64,000 nucleotides of DNA. Origin: Blasia pusilla. Lineage: Eukaryota. Every line of letters starts with the position of its first letter. Positions within the stretch are counted from its first letter, which is position 1. Shown piece by piece: positions 45,271 to 58,423 of this stretch. The notes under the pieces are model-generated. The model was not told the DNA's origin and made no database searches. It saw nothing but the letters and a program-made list of their open reading frames with translations. The stretch is taken from positions 48,112,001 to 48,176,000 of the forward strand of contig CM114271.1 of the NCBI GenBank assembly GCA_050084515.1, written 5' to 3'. The position numbers and the translations under genes were made by a program.

Positions 45271-47062
45271 ATGGGTATTTTCATGGACAGGGTCAACACA
45301 AAGTTGCGGAGCAGACCAAAGCGGGGCGTTCACCGAGATCGACATACCAGCATGCCTCGTGAAGACTCCACGCCCATTCTGCGACGTGCGGCCATGCCTA
45401 TGGTCAAGTTGTCCCCAGAACTGGTCGAAGCATTGGAAGAGCGATCTTTGGCGACTTTCTTTCAATCTAATTGGACATTGACATCAGGAGAACTCCTCGG
45501 GGAGCTTCGCTCCTCAATTGCAGCAGCCAAGTTTTGAAGAAAGGGTCTTCACTATTGAGCTCAGCCCCAACAATGGACACCGGATGATTGGCGAGCCACT
45601 TATATGCTCCCGGCTGCTCCAGAGTATGAGTATGATACTGAGGCCCTAGTAAAACACGAAGATTTATTGGCACTTGGTTGTGTCACATCTGATCGTTTGG
45701 GCAGGAATGGTTATAAGGCTGCGTCGTTGTCTCCGCCATTGTTTGGACAGTTTTGTAAGCATTTGATGATGTTATTTTATCCCGCTCGATCTTACTACCT
45801 AACAAATAAGCTCGTCAGGATGTGCTATATCCTTTGGAATCAGCACCTGGACCCCGAACCACCGGGAGTCGACTTCGCTTCCTTTGTCGACGGGCACGTA
45901 AGAGCAATGGTGGAGGCGCTTCATCCGAGCACGAAGTCATTCTTATCTCCTTTTTTAATCCATCTATATATTCATAAGCAGGAATTGACGGCACACGAAG
46001 CGCTCGATTGGTCGCAGGTCACTCCCATCCGCTTACCAAGAAAGAGCGGAGCGGCCACTAGTGGGAGCCGTGAAGTCACACCGCCATGCAAAGCAGCCCT
46101 AAGGCAACATCCGCATACTTCGGCTTCAGGCAAAGTCGAGGAATTCACCCAACTGCCGAGACCGAAGCGCGGCAGGGTCAATTTCAAAACACCCTCGGAA
46201 CTAGAACCTGCCACTCATGAGGACTCCGACGAGATGCCTTCGTGCTAGCCATCACCGTCCAGCACTTCGTCTCATGTCCTAGACAACCAACGATATGGTG
46301 TGGTTCCTGAATTTAGGTGTTCCGGTCATGAATCAACTTCAACACGTTCTCCACCTGGACGACACAGCGACGGTGGACGAGTATTTACAAGGCCTAGATG
46401 ACCTCAATTGTAGGGCCCAAGCTTCATCAAACAACGAAGTACAGCAGAAAGCGGTGGAAATAACTCTTCACCTGCGGGATCAAGAACTCGAAGACACGAA
46501 AACCACGCTTCACAAAGTTCAAAGCGACTTAGTCCAGAGTCAGTACGAGGCACGGAACACGCGCCAATGGGAGAGCTTGGAAATTAACCTAGAGTGTGGA
46601 GCTGATCAGTTAGCTTCGCAGGTCAAGGAAGCTTCACAACTGATTCAACAATATCGACAGCAGATGCATCGTGTTCATAACGAATTCAAGAAATTGGCCA
46701 CCCAACATGTTGAATCTTCGAAATTGCTTCAAGAACATCAAGAAACGAACAGAGACTTACTGGCGCAGTGGTCAGAGGTTACAGGGAGGATCGTTGTCTT
46801 GGAGGCAGAGCAGAAGCTACTCAACGAAGTGCAATTAGACCCTAAAGATGTCAAAGAGTTAATCGAGGAAGCATCCAAGAGCTTGGAACAACAAATGAAT
46901 GAAGAGATCGACTATATCAACAAACATTGGAAGTGCCAATTCGACAATTATACGAAGTCTCTTCCAGAAGTTGTGCCCACTCTTTCGATTACTCTTGAAG
47001 ACTTACCATTATTTACTCCATCTGATGTCTTAGTCCAGAATGAAGTACTAGGGAGTAAATAA
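45271..47062 (+). pseudogene. Extra ORF downstream of pol (env-like position) with a C-terminal coiled coil, interrupted
   Basis: Consecutive ORFs 45271-45537, 45604-46248 and 46295-47062 lie between the integrase stop and the PPT. The last is Q/E/K/L-rich. Confidence 0.6.
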
Positions 47063-47245
47063 GTTGTTAATAAATCGCGAGAAAGAATGCGCAATCATAC
47101 CCCCAACATAATCAACAAACCTTCTCCTATTCACGGTCGTTTTGCACCTACACCTGAATTTGATAGTTTAGACGATACTTTTATGGAGTTAGGAGAAACA
47201 TCATGAAGTGTTCGCCGGGGCGCCTCACATTTGGGGGAGGGGGTA

Positions 47246-48525
47246 TGTCATACCCACAATTTTGTACTCTTGAAGAATATATCTTTTTATTCAACGAAGA
47301 CTCTTGTACATTATGATTTTGATTATGATTATTTATTATTATGAGGAAGAATGAGTAAGATTATAGTGAATCACGAAGCTCCTGGGACAAGGCAGAGAGA
47401 TGGAAGATCAAGGATTTGCCTTAGAGGAGAGGAAAATACAATAACAAAGTCTCAAGACTCAGCAAGAAGCTTCGGAACGTCAATGAAGCTCAACGAAGCT
47501 CTGTCTACGAAATGCTTCGCTCTATAACGAAGCATAACGAAGCAGGAAGAAGAGGAGAAAGAAGTACTTTGCTCTTGTAGGAAGCACGAAGAACGAAGCA
47601 CCTGGAACAAGAACCAAGAATGGAGCGCTTTGTCTTCAGATCAGGAGAAAGAGCTTCGTGCTCAAGCAAAAGAGGTCCTGACTTAGCAGCGAAGCGAAGC
47701 TAAGACTGACAGTGATTTCAAGCGGCACATAGTTAGAACAGTTAATATAGGAAGAGACGCAACCCTTTGTATCAAATAGGTAGTTAAGACAGTTTTGTTC
47801 TGCGGATTCATAGGGATCATAGGAAAAGCAAAGAGCACCATAGATCTAGGTAGTTACAAAAGTTGAAGAGACACTAGCTTCATCAAGAATGCTTCAAATC
47901 TTTGGATCACTTCTACTCCAGCGAGTATTTAAGAAGCAAGATAGGAGCCATAATCATTATTCTCTTACGAAGTCCTTATACTGTAGGAATGGTCCGAGCA
48001 AGGGAGTAGTACCCTCTCGAGCTTGTATACACTTTGAAGCTTTCTCATTCTTGATGGAGTAGTAAAGCAACCATTCATTCATTCTGATGTGCAATGCTTA
48101 TGTCTGAGTATTCTTTTTGGGTCTGTAGAGTGAAGAGTGAATCAAGCAAACCTTTCTCATCAATGAAATAATCAACTTGAGTTGTAGGAAATCTGTTTGA
48201 CAGAGAATAGCCTGCCGAGACGGATTGAGTTCCGAAAGTAGGAGAAGCCAACTTTCATGTTGAGGTCTCTGTGAGGTTTTTTGATGTCGAGAGGAAAATC
48301 TACCTGAACATGCTATCAATTCCACTAGAGAGAATCGAGAAAAGATCCTTTGGTACTAAGAAAGATCAGCAGATATTGATACGATATTGAATATAACTCA
48401 TACACATTTAAATACAACTATTACAACATAATTGTAATTTCGAACTCTCTTTTCATCAAACAATGATCCTCTTGGGGATCGAACTTATTAAAACGATTGT
48501 AAAATAGAAACTCTTGTACATTACA
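47246..48525 (+). mobile_element. 3' LTR (~1280 bp) inserted into the last exon of the methyltransferase gene
   Basis: Starts TGTCAT just after the PPT and ends TTACA. Homology to 63640 onward resumes at 48526. Confidence 0.8.
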
Positions 48526-51500
48526 TGTCACTACCAATGGTGGGTCTGGAACTGGAGCTCTCGGCTTCGGAGGAGAGTTTTACGCTCCAACTAGCCAATC
48601 GTAATTTGCCTCTGCCTCCTTGCAAAGGTCAAACAGTTGTTGCCTTCCCTCAAGGTAGAGAATGTTCTTGCCACTCTGCCAGGCGCCTCTGATACTCGCC
48701 CCTGAAAGGCCCACTAAGTCGAACACCAAGTCACCCGACCTTGAGCAGAGCTCGATGAGCGTTTGCATCAGGGCTGGCGACTTTTCCCTTCCTCCAAGTA
48801 ATGGGGTACCGTCTTGCATGAAAATTCCCGGGGGAAAATTGTATAAACTATCTAAGCTGTACCCATCGGAGCATGGATCCACAGGATCCAGGATCTTAAA
48901 CACCTGGAAGCTGTGCTCGAGCCGAACAAAGCAGTAAACATAGGAGTGGTCCATCTGTAAAGAAGCACGTTGGAAACAATGTCAGCAACAAACAAAGAGC
49001 TACTTGGCCACTGGTCTACTCTCAGTATGGTGACATAATGTGCAACACGTCCCCAAAGAACTTTGCTTAACCCCAACAAACTTCTTTATAATCCTAACAT
49101 TGGAGCAACCTGTCGGAGTCCGACGGGTTGTTTCACAAGTGTCTTGTGATTTTTTTGTCCATGAGCAACCCGTCGGAAGGCGAAAGGTTGTTCGCTTAGA
49201 GCAACCCATGGTTGGCTAAGAGCAACCTGTCGCTTTCACACGGGTTGCATCATTCCAGAAAATTGCAAAAGCATTAGCACTTGCAACTCGTCGGGTTCTG
49301 ACGGGTTGCATTCACCCAATGGAGACTTACGGTAAATTTGCAACCCGTCTCTTTCAGACGGATCGCAAACAGACCCAGCTCAAAAAATACGACGAGTTGC
49401 ATGCAGAGATGCAACCCGACGGAGAAAGAAAATTTGGATACAAATTTAGATCCCTTACCCGAATTTGACTCGTTGCGGATCGGAGTGGGTACTCGTTCTT
49501 GATGACCCACGATTGCGCCATCCTCCACTTCAGGGATCTCTTGACGCATTGGAGGTTGAAGAGCTTGTCCTTGCTCCCTCCAGTCAAAACTAAGAAACAA
49601 TCCGTGTCACTGAGATAAGCGTTTGCAAAGGAAAACAGGAGCGCAATCTGGTCATAAGAAAGAGGGACATTCCAGTCTGGGACTCGGTCGGACGGATTCT
49701 TGTCCCACAAGCGCAACCTCAAGGGCAAATCAGCGACGAGGAGATCCACCGCCACCTCTTCGACCTCCCCATGGACCGTCCAGGGAGCGTGGCCGTTTCG
49801 TTGAAGCTTTCGTCCCAACGTTGTCAATTTTTCGAAGGCGGGTGTTGACGCTTGGGAACTGAAACTTTTCAACTCATCCAGAAGATTCGTGTAGTGAAGG
49901 ATGATGCTTGTCCGGGTCGTTTTTTTTCTATGTCTTCCCAAGGATGATGGAATGTATTCCACATCGTGGTCTGCTCCCTGGGACAACCCTGGCGCCTCTC
50001 ACTTCCGCTTCTCCCGAGTCTACAGTCGGCTTGTTGGGGTCTCTATGACCTCAGACTTTGGTGGAGTTTTTTTTGCGGAGGACCTGGTCCGACCCTCTCT
50101 CCCCGCTCGCCCCAATGATTCTGGCTCTTGCCTTGAATTTTCAGCCTCTCTATGGGAAGACTTGGCCTCAAAATTCTTCGATCCCCTCGCCTTGGCTTTG
50201 AGACCCGCTGTAGATTTGTCCTTGGCGGTGACAACGACCTTGGACACCAACTCTGCTGTCTTGAGGGCTTGCTCCTCTGCATCTCCTTCGAAAAAGTCTT
50301 CAGGCTGCACAAAATTGGGGATATCGTCCCTACCTGCGGCCACTGCATCATAGAGCAGGCGTAGATCTTTCTCAGTTATGTCCTCGGGGTCGTTGAAGTC
50401 CAGCCAAATCGGGAAATTCTCCACCTCCCAATCGGACATGCTTTGAGCCATCTCCATGTCATACATGGAAAATGTCTCTCCATCAGGCGGAGAAGCCCAC
50501 AATTTGCAGGCTGCCGGTATTTTTTGCCATGTACCTCCATTCTTACAATGGACAAGGTACCTGAACACCATGCGTTGGGAAGCTCTTAGTCGAGATGCAT
50601 CGGCCGCATGCTCCTGAAGATTTCGCTTCTTCTTTGCGAAATCCCTTTTTTTTGCCTCTATTTCTTCGTCAAGGTCTGCCTGAGGGAGGATGCGATTATT
50701 GAACATCGCCTTGAAACCTGGGTTTCTTCGGGGCTTGTCCCGCATGTCATCCAACCAAAGTTCAAAATCTTAAGCACTCTCTAGGTTTGCTTCCTCCGGA
50801 ACTGGCTCTATTCTTTTCAGCTCCGCTTGGAGACCCACGAGGATGGACTTCCCGAGAAGCCGCAACGCGTCCCATAATGACCATTCACAGAGCCAGTGGG
50901 AGATCACAGGATCAGAGATACCCGGAGTATGGTGTGCCGCCCTCTTTTGGGCCTCTGTGCCCTCGAGACTGATTTTCATCTGTCGGATTCTCCTAAATTT
51001 GCTAATTCCAGACAAGGCAAATGGATGCATGAGATCGAGAGACACTTTCTCCCCAATCCGACCCTACGGATCTTCATCCCTCTTCCGTTGGCGCTTGATG
51101 ATTACTTTCAGCTCCTTGTAGAAATCAGAGCCAAGTTCGTGGTTGAGAATGACGATGTAGCGCTGCATCTTGCTTGCCGTGTACTTCGTAGCTGCAGATA
51201 CTGCATCATGGATGAACTTTGCACGCTCAGACATAGACACTTTCTCCCTCCGCTCCAGCTCCAATGCATCGCTCTTCTTGGCGGTTAGTATCTTCGACTA
51301 GCAAAGGATTGCCACGGCTGCATCTTGGGAAATAAACTTATTTGCCCAAGTCTTTTTTTTTATTTGAGCACCCTTTGCGAGCATCTCATTTACAAGGGCG
51401 TCGCCCAAGAACCCCTTGTTTATTGCCGGGTGCGTCGTTAGCACTTTCTTCACCCGATCGCAATCCTGGATCCAGTGGTGGGTGACATTCCCCTCCGATA

Positions 51501-51530
51501 CAATCCTGCACATCCAAACTCAATATTAGA
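48526..51530 (-). pseudogene. Copy 1 of the transposon cargo gene: middle region plus beta-class N6A/N4C DNA methyltransferase (no ParB exons)
   Basis: VDLLVADLP (motif IV-like), CFLVL (VI), WVIKN, intron 49458-48955, DHSYVYCFVR (VIII), REKSPALMQTLIELCSRSGDLVFDLVGLSGASIRGAWQSGKNILYLE (X, I, II). Internal stops. Confidence 0.75.
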
Positions 51531-52005
51531 AATTTTGCAATGTACATGGGTTCCTGCAACCCGTCGGACTTCGACAGGTCCTCACAACTGAGGTGCTGTA
51601 AGAGGAGAGGAAGAGAGGAAGAGAGGAGAGAGGAAACTACCTTCAACCGAAATAGATACTTTTTTTTTAAGAAAGTTTCCTCTGATTTGAAGAGAGTTTC
51701 CGTTGGGTTGAAGAGAGGAAACTTTTTGTGTGAATTTTTTTGCACTTTTTTGCTCAGTTATTAAGTAGTCCCACAATTTTTTTTTCTCTTCCATATTTTG
51801 GCAACCCATCTGAGTCCGACCGGTTGCAAATTGCACAAAATTTACAAAACTGAAAAATCAGTGGAATCATAAGTGTGGAACCAATCACTTTTTCCATCCA
51901 AGGTCTGGAAACAATCTATCATTTGCCCTGGGCTGAATAGAGTTCAAGCTCAAAGTGATGGTTCTTGAAGAATGAAAGTACAATCTAAAACCTCATTTTG
52001 CATCC

Positions 52006-55000
52006 TCAAAGTGGTTTGTTTAAAATACTTCGCACTTCTTTGAGGGACAGAATTGGTTGGTGGATTCCTACTCCTACCTCCGACTCTCTTAAAACTACCA
52101 GCAACACATAGTACATGTGCTTACAAGGGAAATACCTTTTGCCTCTCTCTTTGGACAAAGTCATCACATGAACATGTGGGAAAGCAACAGATATGCACCA
52201 CATACACCCCTGTGACACTTGTTCTTGACCCAATACATCCTTCCTATTCCATTGCCACTCAAGACATCTTTCGTGGCGATGATCTCCATTTTTGCCTCTC
52301 GAGCTGATGCAATTCGCTTTGCTCTCTCCACCGTTGGCCTACACATTCTGTTTCTCTTCACCCCATTTCTAGACTCAAACAGAAATAATGGATTGAGATC
52401 ATCCATCTTCTCCGGTACATGTTGACATCAATCTTGGGTTGAATACAAAATGCGAAGGTCTCTGTAATGCGAACATGCTCCGAACTTCCTCCGTCTACGA
52501 GTCTGAAACCGACACTTGTAAGATTGTCCACTTCGTCTTGAGTGCAGTTCGTACCTGCGGCGATGGGCCAAATCGTGGGGGTATTCCCGGGAGCTCCAAT
52601 GGCAGCCGGATAAGACTTCCGGAAAGTGCAAGATTCATTTGAGCAAAAGAAGTACTTCAATTGATCCCCGGTCCTCGTGAAACAATCAAAGGTTTTGAGT
52701 CCCCAAAACCCAGGCAGTGGTCGTCCAGTCCTTGTACAGTTCTTATTTAGGAAAGTGCCGCATGCTCTCCTAATGCCATCAGATCCTACCCTGCAGGTGG
52801 GTCCACGTCCTGGATTGCTCTGAGATATATGCCATCGTTTTAGGTTGCAATCCACCTCCATTAACGGAATCCCATATTGTTGAACCACCCGAGTGACCGG
52901 ATGTAGGGAACTTCCAGCAACGGAGGGCTTTTGAAATAAAACATTCACTGATTTTGGAAAAGGGTCTCCATCACAGATTTGGGAGCGTCCGGGGTCCCCG
53001 AATACCTGGGCGGCGTAATTTCCTCATCCAAATCAATCACCAAATTTGTTCCTCGATGCTGCCTCTTCACCTGCCTGAAGTCAAGATACTTATTTGGCCT
53101 CCACGAGTCTCGCTCCGACTGCTCTACCACCATCTGTATGGGACGTCTTGAAACCCGCCCACAAATATCCCCACCAATGTGTACGTCTTGCTCGAGGGGA
53201 GTTCCACTTACGCACCGGTTGAAGGCTTCCACATACAATTTTTCATCACTAGATCTCACAGCCTCTTTGACATAGAGCTCGTAGATCGACGGCCCCCTTC
53301 CTTTTGTTATGCCTTTTATGAGGAAGATATGGGATGCTGCAGACTGTAGCATTGCTCTTGCCTGGTCTTGTTGGCATGCCTCCACAAGTGAAATTCCTTG
53401 GCATGCTTGTGACGACCTCTAGGAGGAATGAACACTTTCTACTCCACTTGTGTTGGGGCAGAGGGCATTTTCATGAATGTTCAATCCCTGCAACGACGAC
53501 AATGTTAGAAGGGAACGAAAATAGCTCAAGAGTCAAAGAAATAAGCTACCTATCAGAAACAGATGGGTTGCAAGGCCAAGGCATCCCATGAACGACTCTG
53601 CGACTCGTCGAGTCCCGACGTGTTGCAACTCTAAACCCAACTACTTCAACCCGTCGGATTCAGACGGGTTGCAAGAACCTTTGGCCACTCCGGGTTGGAA
53701 GATCCAAGTGCAAGTCATCCGAAACTCATCCGGGTCAAACTATTTTCAGGTCTTGTATACATGCAACTTGCATACTTGGATACGGGTTGCACCAAAATTG
53801 TGGATGCAACCCGTCGGATTTCGACGGGTTACACACTCGGGCAACCCGTCGCATCCGACAACTTGTTGGGTTTCTTCGGTTTGAAATCCCTATAGTTCCC
53901 ACGCTTCTCAACTTGAGCTGCAACTTTACAAACAATTCTCAGCGTGAGCTTGACAAGACAAAATAGTCAACTCACCTGCCGCATGAAGTTTCCCCATTGT
54001 CTCATATGTACAGTCCACCAACTCAACCAAGAGCACAACTCTTTGTACTTCCCCTCAATTGCATGCTTCCTCCACCACCCATGAAGTTCTTCTTGGCATT
54101 CCATGGCCTGTTTCAAGGTTTTGCTGTCCTTGCAGCGTTGGAGTAGAGTGACATGCTCTGTCCTCTTATTCTCCTTGATGCAAGATTTGGTGTACCGGGT
54201 CACAGATTGTTGCCAATGGAAAGCATCCCACCTTTCCCTCTCCAGTTGAACCTCTCCACCCCAGAACACTTCTCGAATAGCAATCCACCCAGGTTGTGCA
54301 TTGTCCGCCATGAACCCATAAATTTCCGGAGGAGGCCTTTTGTTTTCCTTCACCACCTCCAATAAGAGTAACCAGCACATCTTCAAACTGCCAACGTCTT
54401 ATGCTTTTACTTCACAAAAAAATATAGTTTTGAGTCCCTTCTCCACATGGTCATAAACGTGAGCACCCATTGTCAACCATCCGTTCAGCACTCTATAGCA
54501 AATATCAAAGCTTACCCAGCTACCGTAAAGATCTTCCCCTTCCCTCATTCGATCTATAAGATTGAGGCCACCCAACGGACCTGTGGTTGACATTTTGAAG
54601 ACATAGGCCCTAGATCCCTCGCCTCCTTGGCCCATGAACTGCCATCTCTGAATGAATGGAAATTTGGAGTTGGCCTTGATTCTGGCGATGGCATCCATTT
54701 TGGCCGTCTTTCCATCCAGAACCCATATTTGACGCAGCAAATTCCGGAAGCATTCAGGATCAGCGAGAAATACGAGATTTTCCGAGAGTTATTTCTCCTC
54801 AGCCGCCGTGATCTCGCCCTGTCCACGGATTCCAAGTAATTGTTCAAAAATTTGTGATGTTGTTGTGAGCTTGATCACTCCGGGCTTTGAACCTGGAGAG
54901 TTTCTGTAGACCTCGCCAACTTTCTTCGCCACATCCTCCTTGATGTGTCTCTGAATTGCATCGGTCATAGGATGAGTGTGGGAGCCAACATGAACTGCCA

Positions 55001-55850
55001 CCCTTGTGTACTCCGACGTAGAGCCCAAGTGGTGGACAATGAAAAATATGTATGCAGGACACGCTCCAACGTAGAAGGGCGATGCCTGACAATGAGGACA
55101 TCGATGGCCTCCCGGCGGTATGGTGGCACCGACCTCGTATGGAGTTTCTGCATTCTTGGGGGGGAATTGCGACATATTGACTTGCTCGTTGCGCTCTAGA
55201 TACGTGCATGCTGGACTTCTACACTCCAAGGCTCCAACGCATTGGCGACGGGAAAAAATCCAAGGACCATATGGAATTGAAGCACTAGTCCGTTGAAGCC
55301 TGCACCATCGATAACAATCAGACTGTATGTCCATACCCTTCAGGAGTCCTCCATCTTTCTTTTGAGCAGGAGCAACAAGTGGAGGCTACTCAAAAATGCA
55401 ATTACCATCGTAAGTGGGCGGCTGCTCGTCGACAAGAATGTGCTTGAACATTTTCAAGGCCAGAGACCATAGCAAACTATTGCCTGATACTCGCAAGAGG
55501 AACGAGTAGGCAGATAGAGGGCCCGGTTGGTGTCTGACATATCCACTGAGGTTGATAACATCCGGAATCTCTTCAGGAAGAACAACATTGTTACGAGCGT
55601 GTGAAGTTGGAGTCAAAGCCAGATCTATTGAGCTAGGAGTTGCAAACGTAGAGCTTGGTGCACTAGGAAATTCTTGATTGTCTACTTGGGAAACAGAGGA
55701 ATTCAGGGGCAAGCCGTAAACTCTGTATTGACCATTTGCTAGAGGTAGGAGATTCCATACTTTACAGTCTGAAATCAATGGCTGGACTGTCTCACCTATA
55801 ATGTCCTCCATACCGTCCACACTAACATCCTTGGATACAAAGATGGTTCC
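52006..55850 (-). mobile_element. Mutator-superfamily transposase pseudogene: GCM-like zinc finger, DDE core, SWIM finger
   Basis: CVGALECRSPAC...CPHC...C...HVGSHTHP; SFDICYRVLNGWLTMGAHVYD; GFMADNAQ; DAFHWQQS; CSC...PCKH (frameshifted). Intron donor near 53975. Stops at 55386, 54789 and 54399. Confidence 0.75.
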
Positions 55851-55899
55851 AATTTGGAGAAGAAATCAGAGACATGGGTTGCGAAGCACACTTCATTTT

Positions 55900-56900
55900 G
55901 TTGGAACCCGTCGGAGTCCGTTGGGTTGGTACCCCCTTCTTGCCGACCGAAGATCTTTTGAGGCGATTTTTCTAGCATCAAACATAAGATATCGCTTGCT
56001 TATGCTAGGGCAACCAATCGTTGGGGACTTTTGCGGGATTGTCCAACTCAGGGTACATCTTGTGACCCGTCGGATTGCAATGGGTTTCCTCGGAACAATA
56101 CGTTGTCGCATTGTTTCCCGAGGGATAGGAAAGAGTGTAGCCTATCGATAATCGATGGGTTGCCCTGGTACCTCGCCTATTAACCCAAGATAAGCGAAGT
56201 GTGCAACCCGTCGGCTTTGGGGTTGCACGCTTCTGCCTCACCTTGTAACGCAAACATGAACGAAGCTGGCAACCTGTCGCTCTCCGACGAGTTGCGCAAG
56301 TACCGCGCCTTCTTGCCCGAAGACAGTGGAGGCGCCCAACCCGTTGGCCTCAGAGGAGTTGCGAAATTATCTCACGGTGTAACACTTACATTAAGGAAGC
56401 GTGCAAACCGTCTGTTTCCGACGAGTTCCGCGGGTGCCGCACCTTCTTGCCCAAAGACGGCGAGGCGTGCAACCCGTCGACCTCAGACGGGTTGCGCAAG
56501 GGCCTCGCCTTGTTTTACTTACATGAAGGAAGCGTGCAATGTGTCGGCCTCCGAAAAGTTGCACGGGAAGCCCGTGTTGTTATCCCTTGACGAGGGAAGT
56601 GTGCAACCCAACGGTCTCCGAAGGGTTGCGCGGGTACCTCGCCTTCTTGTCTGAAGACGGCGGAGGCGCGCAACCTGTCGGTCTCTGACGGGTTGCTCAG
56701 GCACCTCGCGTTCTTGTCCCTAGGACCGCGGAGGCGCGCAACCTATCGGACTCCGACGGGTTGCCACGAGGACGGATGCCTTGAACCCTCGGGAAGCGTG
56801 CAACCCGTCGAAGCCGTCGGGTTGGTGTTTTTCACGTCCAGACTTCTGTAACGGCTGGCACGTCGCGGTCGGAAGGACGATGCAACCCAACGGTCAGTCC
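55900..56900. repeat. Array of ~66-67-bp units, each containing the palindrome GCAACCCGTCGGA-n-TCCGACGGGTTGC
   Basis: Degenerate palindromes at ~56203, 56269, 56335, 56402, 56469, 56535, 56603, 56669, 56738 and 56800. Confidence 0.88.
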
Positions 56901-56914
56901 AATGGCTCGAAAAG

Positions 56915-56922
56915 TATAAATA
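56915..56922 (+). promoter_or_regulatory. Candidate TATA box of the ParB-MTase gene
   Basis: TATAAATA just after the palindrome array, followed by a pyrimidine-rich initiator-like stretch, 335 bp before ATG 57250. Confidence 0.5.
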
Positions 56923-57022
56923 GGGGAGAAATCACTCATTTCCAGTTTTTCATTTTGCGATCTCAATTGCTCTCCCGTGCACCAACTGACCTGATACCAA
57001 GGTGCGCTTTACACGGCGACTC

Positions 57023-57161
57023 ATCGCGAGACGATTCGAGCGAACGATCGTGAGACGATACGAGTGAACGATCGCGAGACGATACGAGGGAACGATCGCG
57101 AGACGATTCGAGCGAATGATCGCAAGATAATTCGAGCGAACGATCGCGAGACAAATCGAGC
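57023..57161. repeat. 24-bp CpG-rich tandem repeat, ~5.8 copies
   Basis: ATCGCGAGACGATTCGAGCGAACG units starting at 57023, 57047, 57071, 57095, 57119 and 57143. Confidence 0.92.
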
Positions 57162-58423
57162 TACCCATCAAGGCGACTCATCTTGACATCAGCAAGGCGA
57201 CTCATCAAGCGATTCATCGTGCACATAGGTGGAGGCATTTCCGGGAAAAATGATGAGGAAAAAATCTCAAGCAAACAAGGCTGGGAGCTTCACTCCCAAG
57301 TCCATCAGAACTCCTGCGTCACCATCTCCAAGGCCTCGTTCGGCCAATGAGATAAGGCAGCAAGAAATCGAGGAGCAAGAAAGGGAAGCGGAGATGCACA
57401 AGCAGGAGCTTCTTGCAAAACGTGTATAGGAGGCGCTCAAAAAATAGAATGCAGAGGCTGAGGCGTCACAGGCCTTGAAGAAAAAATTATTTACGAAAGG
57501 CGAGAAAAGAAGCGTCCGGACGCGTTGGTGAGGAGAGAAGAATTGGCTAAAGCTTGGAGGGAAAAAGAAATAGCCATTGAAGAAAGCCCTGCCCGTCCAG
57601 CCGAAAGTGTTGAGATGCAGGAAATGTCTCCGATGAAGTCCGGGGACACAATCAATATAGCGGAAATGGCCGAAGTTCAAGTCACGGACGATGAGGTCAT
57701 GAGGACCGCCAGCGTGGAGATGGTGGACATCGCTGAAGAAGTAGGAGAGCGGTCATCCTCGTCTCTAAGCCCGGTGGAAGAAATCGACCTCTATCGGATC
57801 GACAAGTTTCCAGTGGACTTGCCAAAGCAGTTGGCTGGCCAAGACACTGACCCAATCTTCGAGCGGGTAAGAGAGGATCTGTGTTTTTTGAATTATGTGA
57901 AGGCCCATGTTGCAATTCATTGGCAATTCAGTGTAGCTTATTGATCTTGTTCCCATTGTGACAGGTGGTAAAGCAGATGGCACTGATGGAGGGCCACAAC
58001 GCCCCGAGAATTCCACTCTGCCGATTGCGGACAATGGAGTACGTCCGTAAAATTTAGTCTGACGAGGATATTGCGAAGCTCAAACAATCGGCGGCGACAA
58101 CATCCTACGTCGACAGCTTCCCTCCATTCTATGTTCAGCCTTTTGATGACCATGGAACCCAAGCGCTGGTTACGGGGGAGGACTTGGAATCGCTCGACAC
58201 ATTCTGGAGGATGAGAGATCAGGAATTCAGAAGGGCGATAGAGGGGACGGAATTCAGCTGGATGAGGAATCTGTATTTCTTCATTTGGGATGGAAATCAC
58301 AGGTTCATGGCGTTGTCATGTCGAGAGTCTTTCTTCGAGCAAGGGCAGGCCTTCTAGCTGCGGTAGATGCGGTCGATGCAAGGTGAACTCTCTAATAAGT
58401 TCTCCTTTTTCAATACAAAATTA

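Larger units (their letters stand above)
41125..48525 (+). mobile_element. 5'-truncated Ty3/Gypsy element: gag end, PR, RT, RH, IN, extra 3' ORF, PPT and 3' LTR
   Basis: PR: VPIDSRS. RT: LDGYSGYNQV, MPFGLCNAP, FLDDF. RH: DTSSFAIG, TEREAL. IN: HHCC, WGIDF, SDCGTHF, GPY. PPT at 47231-47243. Frameshifts and stops present. Confidence 0.95.

Noticed and set aside
55900-56900. CRISPR array (palindromic repeats with ~40-nt spacers; also 59735-60432)
   Set aside because: The spacers resemble each other, the repeats are degenerate, no cas genes are present and the context is eukaryotic and intronic. These are tandem repeats.
56950-57171. ORFs with repeated RSNRLAIV or SRDRSL peptides
   Set aside because: These are translations of the 24-bp tandem repeat.
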